Source of the DNA: Octopus bimaculoides
Lineage: Eukaryota
Assembly: GCF_001194135.2 (NCBI RefSeq)
Contig: NC_068981.1
Location: 115,839,045-115,903,044 of the forward strand
DNA: 64,000 bases
Direction of reading: 5' to 3'
Shown: positions 51,905-64,000 of the stretch, piece after piece
How positions within the stretch are numbered: position 1 is the stretch's first letter
Layout: the number at the start of each line of letters is the position of its first letter
Position numbers and translations under genes: made by a program
The notes under the pieces: model-generated
Databases searched by the model: none
Told to the model about the DNA's origin: nothing
The model's input: the letters and a program-made list of their open reading frames with translations, nothing else

Positions 51905-52040
51905 AAATAAAGATTTACTTTTCCTAATGGGATAAAAAACCAAGGCTGTGTATAATATAGAACTATTTATAAATGTTCTATATTATACACAGCCTTGTTT
52001 TTTTTTTATTATCTTATTACGAAAAGTAAATCCTTATATT
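51905..52040. repeat. Near-perfect palindrome (collapsed MITE-like fold-back)
   Basis: CAAGGCTGTGTATAATATAGAAC (51941-51963) / GTTCTATATTATACACAGCCTTG (51975-51997), with a self-complementary centre and imperfect outer arms. Confidence 0.85.
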
Positions 52041-52180
52041 CACACGCTGATATATAACCTACGTTGGACCCCTTATTTCATAACCACCGAACCTGGAGCT
52101 TAACTGTGATCTATCTATAGCACTTACTCAGCATTATCTGAAACCCCTGGGTCTAATTGACACCACTATCCCTCATAAGC

Positions 52181-52232
<52 letters not shown>

Positions 52233-52280
52233 TATAGGGTGCATCAGCATGCCCGCCTCTCTAAGATGAAACTATAAACA

Positions 52281-52323
<43 letters not shown>

Positions 52324-52327
<4 letters not shown>

Positions 52328-52361
52328 GGAAACTGAAGGAAGTCCGTCGTATATATGTATT

Positions 52362-52396
<35 letters not shown>

Positions 52397-52612
52397 TTGT
52401 GTGTCTGTGTTTGTCCACTCCACCATCACTTGACAACCGATGGTGGTATGTTTACGTCCCCGTAACTTAGCAGTTCAGCAAAAGCGACCGATGGAATAAG
52501 TACTAGACTTACAAAGAATAAATCCTGGGGTCGATTTGCTCAACTAAAGGTGGTGCTCCAGCATGGCCGCAGTCAAATGACTGAAAAAAGTAGAAGAGTA
52601 AAAGAGAGAGTA
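52324..52612 (+). mobile_element. SINE family B, 5'-truncated, with internal (AT)/(GT) microsatellite
   Basis: GACGGAAACTGAAGGAAGTCCGTC-microsatellite-CTTGACAACCGA...CCAGCATGGCCGCAGTCAAATGACTGAAA. Confidence 0.85.
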
Positions 52613-53691
52613 TATCAGCTAAATGATTGATATAAAAAACATGAACAAAAGTTCAATTTTCATCAATGATAATCAAATCATCTATGATCTATGACTCTTT
52701 CAAATGCTTCGTTTTAGTTTATTTTTGCTTATGTACTAAACTGAGTTCTACCCTTGATAAATTAAATAAAGGCAAATTATGCCAACATATTAGAGTCTCA
52801 ACTCCTCAGTTATAGAGTTCAAACTATTTTCACTTACAGACAGAGACAGAAATTTTCTGCCGGTGGCTACTGATTAAATTGTAGGAAAAAAAGGTTGAAA
52901 GAAAAGTAAAATTTGTCCAAAAATCGAACTTACCGCGGCACGTGTATAAATAATCATACATGTTATTACCACTTTTGATTAAAACAACTGAGTCCCTATA
53001 TTTTTTTAATTTAAAGTCCAGCACTATTTTGGTGTAAATCAATCATTTTCTTATTTTATAGCATTTTGTCACTTTCTATTTATTTCTCTTCCTCTCTCTG
53101 TTCCTACCCTTCTTTCTCTCTTTCTCTCTGTCTCTTCCTCTGTATCTCTCCTTCTCAATCATTGCATGGAAGTTGGGAATGATGCAAAGAAATATGTATA
53201 CAGGAATAACATAATAATTGTAATAAATAAAATAACTAAATAATATTCATTCAAAGATCTAAGAGATTTCAACATTTCAATCTCAACGTAGCACTTAGTG
53301 ATCCGGGAGTGGTAGTATAACCCCTCCCAGAAGTCAACGCATAAAAGGGAGCCATTTGAGAGGAATCTCATAAAACGTGAAAGCCATAACTTTTTCACTG
53401 AATGTCTCAGAGTAAATTTTGGTAGAAAGAAATGGCTATATACTCTCTTGTTATTCTTTTTATTGATGCTGTGACAGAAGAGAGCATCGTACAAACTACA
53501 TTGTGATACTTAGTTACGGCTCTTTTCAATCTAAGTACAGATACCACTATTTTCACCTTTGCCTTTCATTCTTCTGCGGTCAATAAAATAAAGTACTAGT
53601 CAAGTACTGGGATTGATTTCATCAGCCAGGCGCACGCACACCCATTAAATCTTTGGCTTTGTGCTGATGTTAGAAATTGTTAATATTATTA

Positions 53692-54570
53692 TCACTCTTT
53701 CAGGAGGTCGAATTTATATTAATATTTTATTTTCTATTTCAACAGCCTTTCCCAGGATATAAGCTTCTGAAAAATTTCGCAATCCTTGCTTTAGCTTTGG
53801 TTGTTACAGTCAAGGCACCCACTACTACTATGACTTCACCATTTTCATATTTTGTAAATTTTTCTCTTCAAGTTTTCATGCTCCTCAAACTTTTCCTTTT
53901 CTGTTTCAAGTATTTCATTTTACGATCCTCTGGTGATGCTTCATCGACTATCGCAAATTTTTTCTCCTTTTCAACCATAAAAATATCATTTCTTCACTCA
54001 TGAATCCTGTGATCACATTGGATGTGTTGAAACCCCACAGTAGTTTCACTTCATTTGATTCTACAGGGAGTTTCACCAGCTTCCTGTTCTGCATTCTCAC
54101 ATAACTTTTTGTTTCTCACATAACTTCCTGACAATGTTATCATGTCTCTTCTTGTGTTCTATTTATGCTCATGTACAACATGGCATACTATTATTCCTTT
54201 CATTCCACATAGATTACTTAATGGAGACTATAATCTTGACGAAATTATAACTCATATAATTAATTCTGAGAGATTGTTTTTGTGCTGCGCATATTAAAAT
54301 TTTGGTCTAAATCTTAAGGACTGGTCTTCATATCCATTACAATAATGCTTCCTTGTCTACTCTTCTTTCCATGCATCAATATTTCCTCCATTTTTCTGTC
54401 TCTTCTATCATTTTCCAGCTTATTAGCATATGACACCAATTTTCCTCTCCTTAAAATCAGTACAACATGCTTCTTGATCACGAAGTCCATTCGGATATCT
54501 TTATTGAATATGAGAACTACATTTACCAGTACATTTATTTGGTATGTGCTGCTCAGTCATTGATGTGTTT
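53692..54570 (-). mobile_element. Older Dong-like LINE relic (RT end plus RLE) ending at TAATAAT
   Basis: FNKDIRMDF..VLILRRGKLV, ESNEVKLLWGFN..QCDH..AIVDEASPED and VVVGAL. 3' end AAAGAGTGAT|AATAATA. Confidence 0.6.
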
Positions 54571-55161
54571 ACCGATCTAAAATTACTAATTCATAGTCCA
54601 TTGCAGTTGCACAAGATGTTAATGATATATTATTTCAAGTTTACAAAATAATATTCAGAGTTGATGATAAGAAAATCATTTAGCTTCATTTGAATTCCAA
54701 GGTGATCTGTTATTTTCTAGTTGCTAGTGGCAGTACATTCCATATTTGGGATCATTGTGTGTTCCATCCAGCTTTTCCCACGATTATTACTAAATGGAAT
54801 TAGATAAAGTTTCAAGCAGTTTATAAGAGTAAATTGAAAGCATTTCAACTTCTGTAAAATATTTTTGAGAGTATATACGTAAACTGAAAAACAGTGGAAA
54901 CACAATATATTACATTGAGCAATCTGAAAGAGAATGGAAACACAATAGTTTAGATTTTTTGTTTCTTGCCAACACTTCAGGGTATAGCGAGAATAATATA
55001 TAAAAAGCGAGAAATAAAAAAAAAATTATATGTGTGTATGCATCTATGAATTTATACAAAGAAATTTGATTACAATTTCTTATAAATGCTCTTATTCAAA
55101 TAAGAATAGAGATTCTGTAATCATTAGTGTTAATATGAATATACTTTGGTGAATACAAATG

Positions 55162-55197
<36 letters not shown>

Positions 55198-56399
55198 CGT
55201 GTGCTAGTATGATATGGATTGCGAAACGACACATAAACGTAGAGATTCAAAAATAAATCCAGGGATTTTGCCTATAATATTCAACTCAATTTATACATGC
55301 AATTATGTGTGCAGTTGTAATTGTTGTTGACGTTGGAGTTATTTATTGTTGTTGTCGTCGTTGTTGTTGTTGGTGCTGCGATTGTTATACATATTAGGTT
55401 ATGATCAGCTCTGTCTTTAAGAGGATATCCGTGACCAGTGAACATATACTGATGGATAGGATGGTAGAGGTGTGGTTGCAGAGAATAGACAAATGAGGTA
55501 TTCCGACGTACAGGACAAGACACAGTTCATCACTTTGCAGGTGCGACAATGTAAGGCTCTAGTAGTAAAGATTCCACAGTAACATGCTGGATAAGAGTCG
55601 TAGAGTTACTTATCTCACCTTAGTTATTGTTATAACCGACCCAGAAATATGGGAAGGTCCGAAATTTGCTGCAGGTGCAAAACTCCTTACCTCTTTAAGT
55701 TTATTAAGTGATAGCTATTATAATTTCCATCACCTGTTTAGTGTGGATTCCACAGGCACGCTTCTCACACTGAGAGGGTTGGGTGCTCCTTACCACTAAC
55801 CCCTTGAAACTATAGTTAACCTTACTACCGGCTAGATTGTGAACATATTCAGCTAGTGATAGAGAGAACCTAATTCTCGTGTTGGAAAAATAATGTTAAT
55901 GCACTGCGGATATTTCATAGTGGCGCCTATGCAGAACTTACTATTACTGTGGGTTTCCATTGCATACTTATACATTACCTCTGGTTGAACCTAGTGTCTT
56001 TCCAAGAGGGATTTCGTAGGCATTTTGAAGTTACACCCTGGAGTTGACCTGGTCTAAGTGTCCACTCATTGTTCGGCTCTTAGTAAAGTTGATTGAGGAG
56101 CCGCTTGGTTAGCACAACTAAGGTCCAGTTCCATTCAATGCGTTGGTATTTCCCGTACACCTCCACCATTGCGGTTATTCTTGTTGCCGTGGTTTTTTTG
56201 GAGCGGGTTCCATGGTGTGCTTTCTTACATGGGACATAAAGTTGACAAGAAAGGGAGAGACGAGTGTGCTACGTGACCTGTGTGGAAGTAGCACGGAACA
56301 AGCCAATTCAAAGAATCTAATGTCACAAATAGATAGAGAAATGACAGGGAGGGGTAACTGAAAGCCTCTAGGGCAGCTACTGTAGTGTGTGGGTGACTG

Positions 56400-56720
56400 A
56401 ATCGTGTTAATCAGTCTGGTTACCTAGCTTTTGTCTGGATCTGAGGTATCTCTGTGAGTATGTGTTGCAGCAGCACCACCCCAGTCACCGAAGTATTACT
56501 CCATTGTGTGTTTTGCCTGTGATCTTTAAAAGGTTAGCAGTTCTTAGGAGACGAAGTATTTTCTGATACAGAAGAGGAAACACATTCTTCATGATGCAGC
56601 CTTCGCTATACTGAAGATATGATTCACAAAGAGAGAGACCTTCAGTGATGCAGAGACCGAGCATTTGAGACAATGTTGAGTCTTCTACTTACGTGTTGTT
56701 CATATTTTCTTCATACATGT
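56400..56720 (-). mobile_element. Possible RTE-clade RT C-terminal relic
   Basis: Minus-strand ILRLL...LLKITGKTHNGVILR resembles CLRxILxIxWxDxxxNxxVL. Confidence 0.3.
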
Positions 56721-56730
56721 TGTGATATGT

Positions 56731-56933
56731 GGGGCGGCGAACAGGAAGAATCGTTAGAACGCCGGGCAAAATGTTTAGCGCATATCATCCATTTTTACGT
56801 TCTGAGTTCAAATTCGACCTAGGTCAACTTTACCTTTCATCCTTTGGGGTTGATAAAATAAGTACCAGTCGAGGTAACTGATTAGCCCCCCCGCCCGAAT
56901 TTACTAGCTTGTCTGCCAAAATTTGAAACCGAT
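56731..56933 (+). mobile_element. SINE family A, full length, uninterrupted
   Basis: GGCGGCGAAC..GAAGAATCGTTAG...GTTCTGAGTTCAAATTC...GCCAAAATTTGAAACC. Confidence 0.85.
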
Positions 56934-57920
56934 ATATATAGTAATTATTCCTCTGTGCTTAACTTAGAAGATATTTTCAGGCTTCATGGTCGTAGTCATT
57001 ATAAATTTAGTAAGACTGTATGGAGGTGACACTTGGGTGCAGAAGGTTAAGAAGGTATGAGGAGTGTTTTGTGCTTTGATTATTCAAGTTGACGGCAAGC
57101 AAATTATTAATGTTGTGGCATGCAAAACTGAGCATTCTGAGATACAAGAGTTAATAAATGCCAAAATATGTGTTATCGATGTTTTGATATCAAAATAGCG
57201 AAATGGGAATTGCAATGTTCAGGTCTTTTGCTAGGAAAGAAATGTGAATGCAATCACCACACCTGGGAATCATTGCGGGTTCGTCGAGTACGAACACCAA
57301 TTACATTCCCCACCTCCTCATACACATACGCACACACAAATTCATGCTAACAAACACTCTAATATATGCATACTCATAGTCATACTCAAGCATACATGAA
57401 GTAATGTCATTTCAATAATAGAGTAAAATTTACCACGCATTGGCACTTATGTATTGAAATATTTCCGTGATACAAACGAAGTAATAAAATAAGAACATAT
57501 TCATAAACAAAGAGATATTTTATATTGTACAGCCGCATAACTCTTAAGGAATTTAGTTTATCGGATCATTTACGGTGTGTGTGACACCCAGTGTGTATGT
57601 TCTTGTTTTGACTTGATTTTTAACGTCATTGTCAGATAAGCTGTTGTTAACACTGGTGTCTTTTGTTGCACTTAAATCCCGAGTAATGCATTATACTGCT
57701 CTTATTGTTGTTTTTACTCTTCCTGTTGCTGTTGTGGTTTTTTTTTTATTATCTGCTTCTATTACTTGACAATGTATGGGTAGGCTGCAATATGGAAGTG
57801 CCAGATATCTCTCTTCAGACTGCTAAACTTACTTCTAACGTCTTCTTCCGTACCCATTCCTCTCTCTGTCTCTCACCAGTTCTTTTTTGTCTATACGTTG
57901 ATACACACATACATGCAACT

Positions 57921-57951
<31 letters not shown>

Positions 57952-59189
57952 CACACGCATATACATATGTAGGGGAAGCAAACAAACAACAAATAAAACA
58001 ATCAGAGAAAAGAATAGTGCTTGCGTTTGCATTGTTAAGCTCTTTGCATGCAAATTGGGCTACACTGGTTCAATGCCCGGTACCTGCGGTTTATATTAGT
58101 AATCAGTTATCTGAAGATTAATTGATTGCGCCAATCAGAATTGATTATGTTACATCAGATATATAATGATGACTATATTGTTTGAATCAGTGTAATTTCG
58201 TAATCTCTAAGCAGATCTACAGCGAGAAAGGGTTCAACCGAATGATTAGGTGTAGAAGGGTGGATGTCATCATATGCTATATATTCTCCTCTCTCTAGGT
58301 TGTTCCTGTAAGGTTCTAAGTCTGGTAGATCCCACATTGTTATTTTAGTTAATAGATGATCAAATTACAAAGGATCATCTATACTAGTATTAATCTTGTT
58401 TGAACTGGTTTACTTTGTGCTATTATAGTGGTCAGATGCACAGCGGATGGGAATATTCTTTGAAAATCAACGGAAAAAATTTATGGTCAACTGTTTGCAA
58501 ATCTGTGGATTCCTCACCCAGATTTATAAATTTACTCTTTTACTCATAATCATTGGTACAGCTGGTTGTATTATTAAATGTTTAAGTTGAAATCTGAAAA
58601 ATAATAAAACAAAATGGGTGTTTCAGATAAGGAAATAGACCAGCTACTTTCATTGATGTTCTGTAAATTCCAAAAATGGGGCTTTGTTTCTTTGTTAAAG
58701 ACCAACTGGTTCTTTGTAGAAAGAATTTTAAAAAGTTCAAAAGACAGGCGCACAAATATACACGTATGGATATAATATGAGAATGTATTAAATGATGATT
58801 GTCTATTTATATGCAGTTGGTATAACTCTGAAACGACAACCAAAGAGATACCTAGAGTCTTGGTATATAAGGAAAGTAGCTATTCAGAGTAAAAAAAAAG
58901 CAGCAATATAAGCGGAATGAGAGTTTTATCTAGCAAAAGTAAATATTGCTGCAAAAAATTAAAAATGCGTTATTGGCAGAGAAACAACAGTTTTTGTCTT
59001 TATTTTTGCTTTTATTTGTTCAAGCGTCATATGCAAAGCTGTCTCATTAAATTTTTCCAATACCAAATGTGATTCAAGGTAATGACTGAAGAAACAAACA
59101 GGATAGGAGGAAGTTCAGAATGGATGAAACAATTTTTAATCTGAAGTAAAAGTAATAGACGTCAGAAAACTTATGACAGTATGGCCTGT

Positions 59190-60200
59190 ACATAGAAAGG
59201 TGTTTCATTGTTCCTTACTAATATTTGCCGGGATCTCTACATTTGCCAAAACTACCCTCGCGACCATCTCCATTCTTAGTGAAAGTACACTGATTGCTTC
59301 TGATGCTATACATATTTCTAGAGGAATGTTCAATGGACACGGCCGACCTGAACTTCTATTAATTTTGTAAAAAACATAAATGTAACCCATAATAATCTGC
59401 ACTGAAAATATTTACTCTAGAAATATCTACACTGAGTTTAGTACAATGCAGAGAAACTGCTAGATTTAATAAAACGATTTTCAGCTGATACTAGGATGAT
59501 AAAAAAGAAAAAAATTCATATTTTTTAATTAAACGTGAGAAAACTGCTTTCCAGAAAAAATCACATCAGTGGTTTATCTGTCTCTTGTTCCACACAAGAA
59601 ACAACGATAGCATGTTCAAGCAGTATTAGATTTAAAGAAATGTGACAAGCAGGGCTTCCCACAATGCTCTGATTCTACTAGTACGAATATTTCAAATACT
59701 TGACAGGAATAAAACGATCTTCGCGTTTAGTGTAGAAACACACAAGATCCTTGCAACAACATGAAGCATCAAGACAGAAAGATATTGACAGCCTCTAACT
59801 CAGAAGAAACAACAGAGTAAGAGGCTTAAAATCACGCAATAATCGTGTCGTATCGTCTTATTGAGACAGAACTTGATAAAAAATATCAGAAAAATAACAA
59901 CGACAATTAAGCCACTATTCAAACGTATGAAGAATTCTTACTTCATGAAAATGTAATATGCAACTCTATAACTGCCGTCGTACCTACCTCAACAATAATC
60001 AAGAGACGGGAAAATCTGAAAATTATCAAAAACTTTTGTATGGTTATATTTTTCGATATAGGATCCTGAGAGAACTATTGACAGAGAGTCTAGTCTCTCT
60101 TGTAACCGTCAACTTTCCATCAAGTCAAATGTTAGCAGCTATGAGCTATTGTTTAAGAGTGGGTGATAGCTATGAATTTCTTGTTGAATAAAAGAAGCAG
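59190..60200 (+). mobile_element. Very decayed R4-like LINE relic
   Basis: Scattered motifs LLDLIKRFSADTRM and EYFKYL; weak. Confidence 0.35.
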
Positions 60201-60299
60201 TGAAATCATTCAAATTTTAAGATGAAGAAAATGTTGAATCTTTCATTTGTAAAGTAGCGTTGTCCATCTTGCTAAATCATAAAAAAGTTCAAAATGTTT

Positions 60300-60466
60300 T
60301 TAATACTGGTTTCAAATTTTGGCAGAAGGCCAGTAATTTCGGTGTGGGTTAAGTCGATTACATCAACTCCCGTGCTTAACTGGTACTTGTTTCATCGAAC
60401 CCGAAAAAATAAAAGTCAAAGTCAACCTCGGTGGAATTTGAACTCAGAACGTAAAGACGAACGCCG
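60300..60466 (-). mobile_element. SINE family A, 5'-truncated
   Basis: Reverse-complement B box and tail. Confidence 0.8.
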
Positions 60467-62719
60467 TTACTATTAAAATGTATAATAAGTAACACTCCTT
60501 GACAATGTCAAATTGCACCTAAAATTTACCTCTCAAGGCCAGGCCAAAAAACTATTAGCATTTTAGCCCAATATTATTTTCTTACTTAATTTGTTTTATT
60601 TAGTGTATCTTTTATTTTAAATTTCTGCATCATGTTTTCGTCACTAAAAGATTATCAATGAATTTAAATTACACCTATGAGGTATCAGCTCTGAACCGGT
60701 ATATGTGAGAGATAGGGTCTGTTAACTTATAAAAGCATATCTATTCCAACAGATGGCTTTTATGTAGTTTCTTTTTTATTACAGAGATAAAAAAAATGTC
60801 TCCCACACTTGACTTGAAAGCATTATAATTTGAAACAATAAACAAGGTCATAAGTGGAGAAAACAAAACAAGACAAAACCGGCTACAAATAAAATAAGAA
60901 AAAAATCTAGTCTGTGTGTACAAGATAGAGATCTCCTAGAAACTAAGCTGATTTACAGTAAAACAATACATTTTAAGCAACATCTGAAATAAAGACCAGT
61001 TAACTGTCATGGCCTTCTTGAAATTTATAGACAAAAAACACGGTTTCTTTTTCTCTCTTTCTGTACCTTTGTTACTTTTGTTTTACACACACACTCATGC
61101 ATACACACGTGTTTGTGTGTGTGTTTGTTTGTGGTAAAACATTGGATCCGAGGAAATTAGTCCAAAAAAGAATACAGTAAAGTTAATAAATTTGCATATG
61201 GCTTGTCCTTTTCGGGGAGAAGAGGAATTTGACGCTTTGGGATAACCCTTCATTATTTTATTGGATTGCTGCAGAGCAAGGTTTAAGGTTAAGGTATTCA
61301 TCTTCGAAACTCGTTGGCTGCAGAAAGTAGTTTTTCCTTTTCTCTCGGACAAACGCAGAGTAAAGCTACGTTAGATTTCCGGCACTGTTAATTTCAAAAC
61401 CTTACGGATTAACCATGTTGCCGAATTAGAAGGTATTCACCATCGGTGCAAACACTTTAAGCTTGAATTAAATAAATATTAAATGTACTTAGATAATTGA
61501 ATGAAATTCACTTCCCAGTGGGTCAGTATTAATGGCATAAGTTTATTAGTACTGGACTGAACAAGATTATGTACTGTTGCACTATGCAGTTAGCTGTATC
61601 ATTGAAACAGGATTAATTAAACAAGAAGTTAAAGGAAGCAGCAGAAGAAGTGTGTGTAGGTGTTGCAAAGTTAAAGAGTGAGTAGCGGTCAAGCAGAAAT
61701 AGTGGGTGAAAGTGAGAGTAGTAAAGGAGTGATTCAAATGTGCCAATCGAAACGAGGGGTATCGAAATATAGAACGATGTATAAGTGAATGAGTAAGTGA
61801 GTGAGTGAGTGTGTGGGAAGAACCGTTGTGTGGGGGTATGTCTGTGTGTGTGTGAACATGTGTTGATAACTGAAGGGTGTGACTGGATAAAAAGTAGAAG
61901 GCCCGTCGATGCTGGTTTCTTTACATCCCCGTAACTTAGTAGTTCGGTAAAAGTGAACAATACAATAAGTGCCAAGATTTAAACACACACACACACACAC
62001 ACATGGCCGTAGTCAAATGACTGAAACAAGTAAAATAACATATGTATATATATATATATATACACACGCGCACACACACACTCACACACAAACACACACA
62101 CACAAGAGTGGCAGTGGGCATGCATGCATGTGAGCAATGTGTGTCTACCTATGTAAATACGAGGTATAGATGGTTAGGCATGTATCTGGATTTCAGTATA
62201 TGTGTATGTGTGTTTATATGTGGAGCAGGTGTTGTGTGAGTGTGTGAGTGTCTGCATTCTGATATGATTGTACTTGTTTCGGAAACAAAATGGTATGAGA
62301 ATAGAGCGGTGTTTATGCGTGTGTATATGCAGGTATAAGCCGAATGTGAGGGGAAGTGGAGAAGGGTAGCAGAAGGAGAAGGTGCGCAATTCATGGCAGG
62401 TGAAGTTAGGAAGTGCAAGTTGGAAAAAGTGAGAGAGTGAATTTACACCCAAAAGCGTGTAAGTTTTGAGAAAGATGAGGTTGTAATATTTATGCAAACG
62501 AGTTGCAGGTAAAGCCAAAGACCGAGATGTCGGATGGAGTAGTCAGTGGAGGGAAATATCGAAAACGACGCAACACGTTGATAAAGTAATTTCAGAAGCT
62601 ACCTACCGATGTACTTCGACGTCACTGTCGACATTTTCCATCTACAAATAAATGTACTACTCCAGATGTATTGAGTGAACCTTCGATGAATGTTTGGCAG
62701 ATTTTGTAAATAGTTATAT

Positions 62720-63248
62720 TAGTCGTGGTAGGAAGCTTGTTTCCCAACTGCATGGTTTCAGGTTCAATCTCACTGCGTGGCATCTTGGGTAAGTGTCTCC
62801 ACTATAACCCCAGGCCGATCAATGCCTTGTGAGTAGATTTGGTGGACGGAAACTGAAAGAAGCCTGTCATATGTACATATATATATATATATANNNNNNN
62901 NNNNNNNNNNNNNNNNNNNNNNNNNNNNNNNNNNNNNNNNNNNNNNNNNNNNNNNNNNNNNNNNNNNNNNNNNNNNNNNNNNNNNNNNNNNNNNNNNNNN
63001 NNNNNNNNNNNNNNNNNNNNNNNNNNNNNNNNNNNNNNNNNNNNNNNNNNNNNNNNNNNNNNNNNNNNNNNNNNNTACTGGTGTGCTTACGTTCACGTAA
63101 CGAAGCGGTTCGGCAAAAGATCCCGTAGAATAAGTACCAGGCTTCAAAACAATAGGTACTGAGCTCGATTAATTTGACTAAAAATTCTTCAAGGATGCGT
63201 CCCAGCATGGCTGCAGTCTAATGACTGAAACAGATAAAAGATAAAAAT
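62720..63248 (+). mobile_element. SINE family B, near full length, spanning a gap in its internal microsatellite
   Basis: tRNA-like head GGTTTCAGGTTCAATCTC, CTTGGGTAAGTGTC, GACGGAAACTGAAAGAAGCC and tail CCAGCATGGCTGCAGTCTAATGACTGAAACAGATAAAAG. Confidence 0.85.
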
Positions 63249-63331
63249 ATACATCAATGCGTGCAGTCTGTCTGTCTGTCAGTACGTCGTCTGAGAGAAA
63301 AAGAGAGGGAGGGAGAGGGAGAGAGACAGGG

Positions 63332-63426
<95 letters not shown>

Positions 63427-64000
63427 CATGCATATATTTGAACAAGTAAGTAAGTATATTTCACCGAGTTAGTAGGAAAATAAGGACCCATTGTTAGCCA
63501 AGCATTATGTACAAGCTTTACAAAAGCCGTTTCACCAATTCATCCAGAATCATTGTCTTCAACAACAGTGACAGATGGAAAAAGTATGTGTTAGGGTGTG
63601 TCAAATAATTTTGATGAACAAAGCTATGCTTTCCGAAGGAAGAAGGCATCGCAGAAACCTTGTGATATCATAGCATTCAACTATATTCCCGGCTACTGAA
63701 GTCTCTATACATGGCAATAGGTACCTGTTAGCTTAATTGCTATAACTGAGAAGCTCACAAAGACCTGTGTCAAAATTCTCACGCTTACATTCGAGATATT
63801 TTTATCGTTTCGGATATTATAAATATTTCAATGCAAATACTCCAACGAGATAATCTTTAAGATTAAAATAGTCACTTCTTCTACAAACGTCCAATGGCTA
63901 CATGCTTGAGTCCACAATGGCTAGAGATACCAACATAAGTCATAACACCTATGCGAGCGGCCAGAGTTTTTATGCATATATATAGATGCATATATATATA

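Noticed and set aside
62490-62590. Candidate exon (CAG|GTAAAG, MSDGVVSGGKYRKRRNTLIK|GTAATT)
   Set aside because: The splice signals conflict with each other and no homology is recognised.

Overview
AT-rich, microsatellite-saturated animal DNA from a short-read scaffold with about 12 N-gaps and one Illumina adapter remnant. The SINE and LINE repertoire looks like an octopod cephalopod; this is inference from recognising the repeats, not a database result. No intact host protein-coding gene, RNA gene or CRISPR array is supportable, and almost all listed ORFs are microsatellite or gap translations. The window is a graveyard of nested mobile elements: tRNA-derived SINEs (at least 4 families), Penelope-like elements with hammerhead-like relics, L1/Tx1-clade and R4/Dong-clade LINEs, Tc1 and hAT-like relics, and MITEs. 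Three observations stand out. (1) An apparently 5'-complete Tx1-clade LINE (7788-12253) sits inside one SINE copy between its A and B boxes, with both the LINE TSD and the SINE's own TSD visible, making it a candidate SINE-targeting retrotransposon. (2) An R4-clade LINE family has three intact 3' ends that all join (CATA)n at the same phase, carries that repeat in its own 3' UTR and stacks in tandem; a separate (TAA)n-associated Dong-like family is also present. (3) A MITE with an 8-bp TSD carries (TTAGGG)n. Boundaries of decayed elements are approximate.
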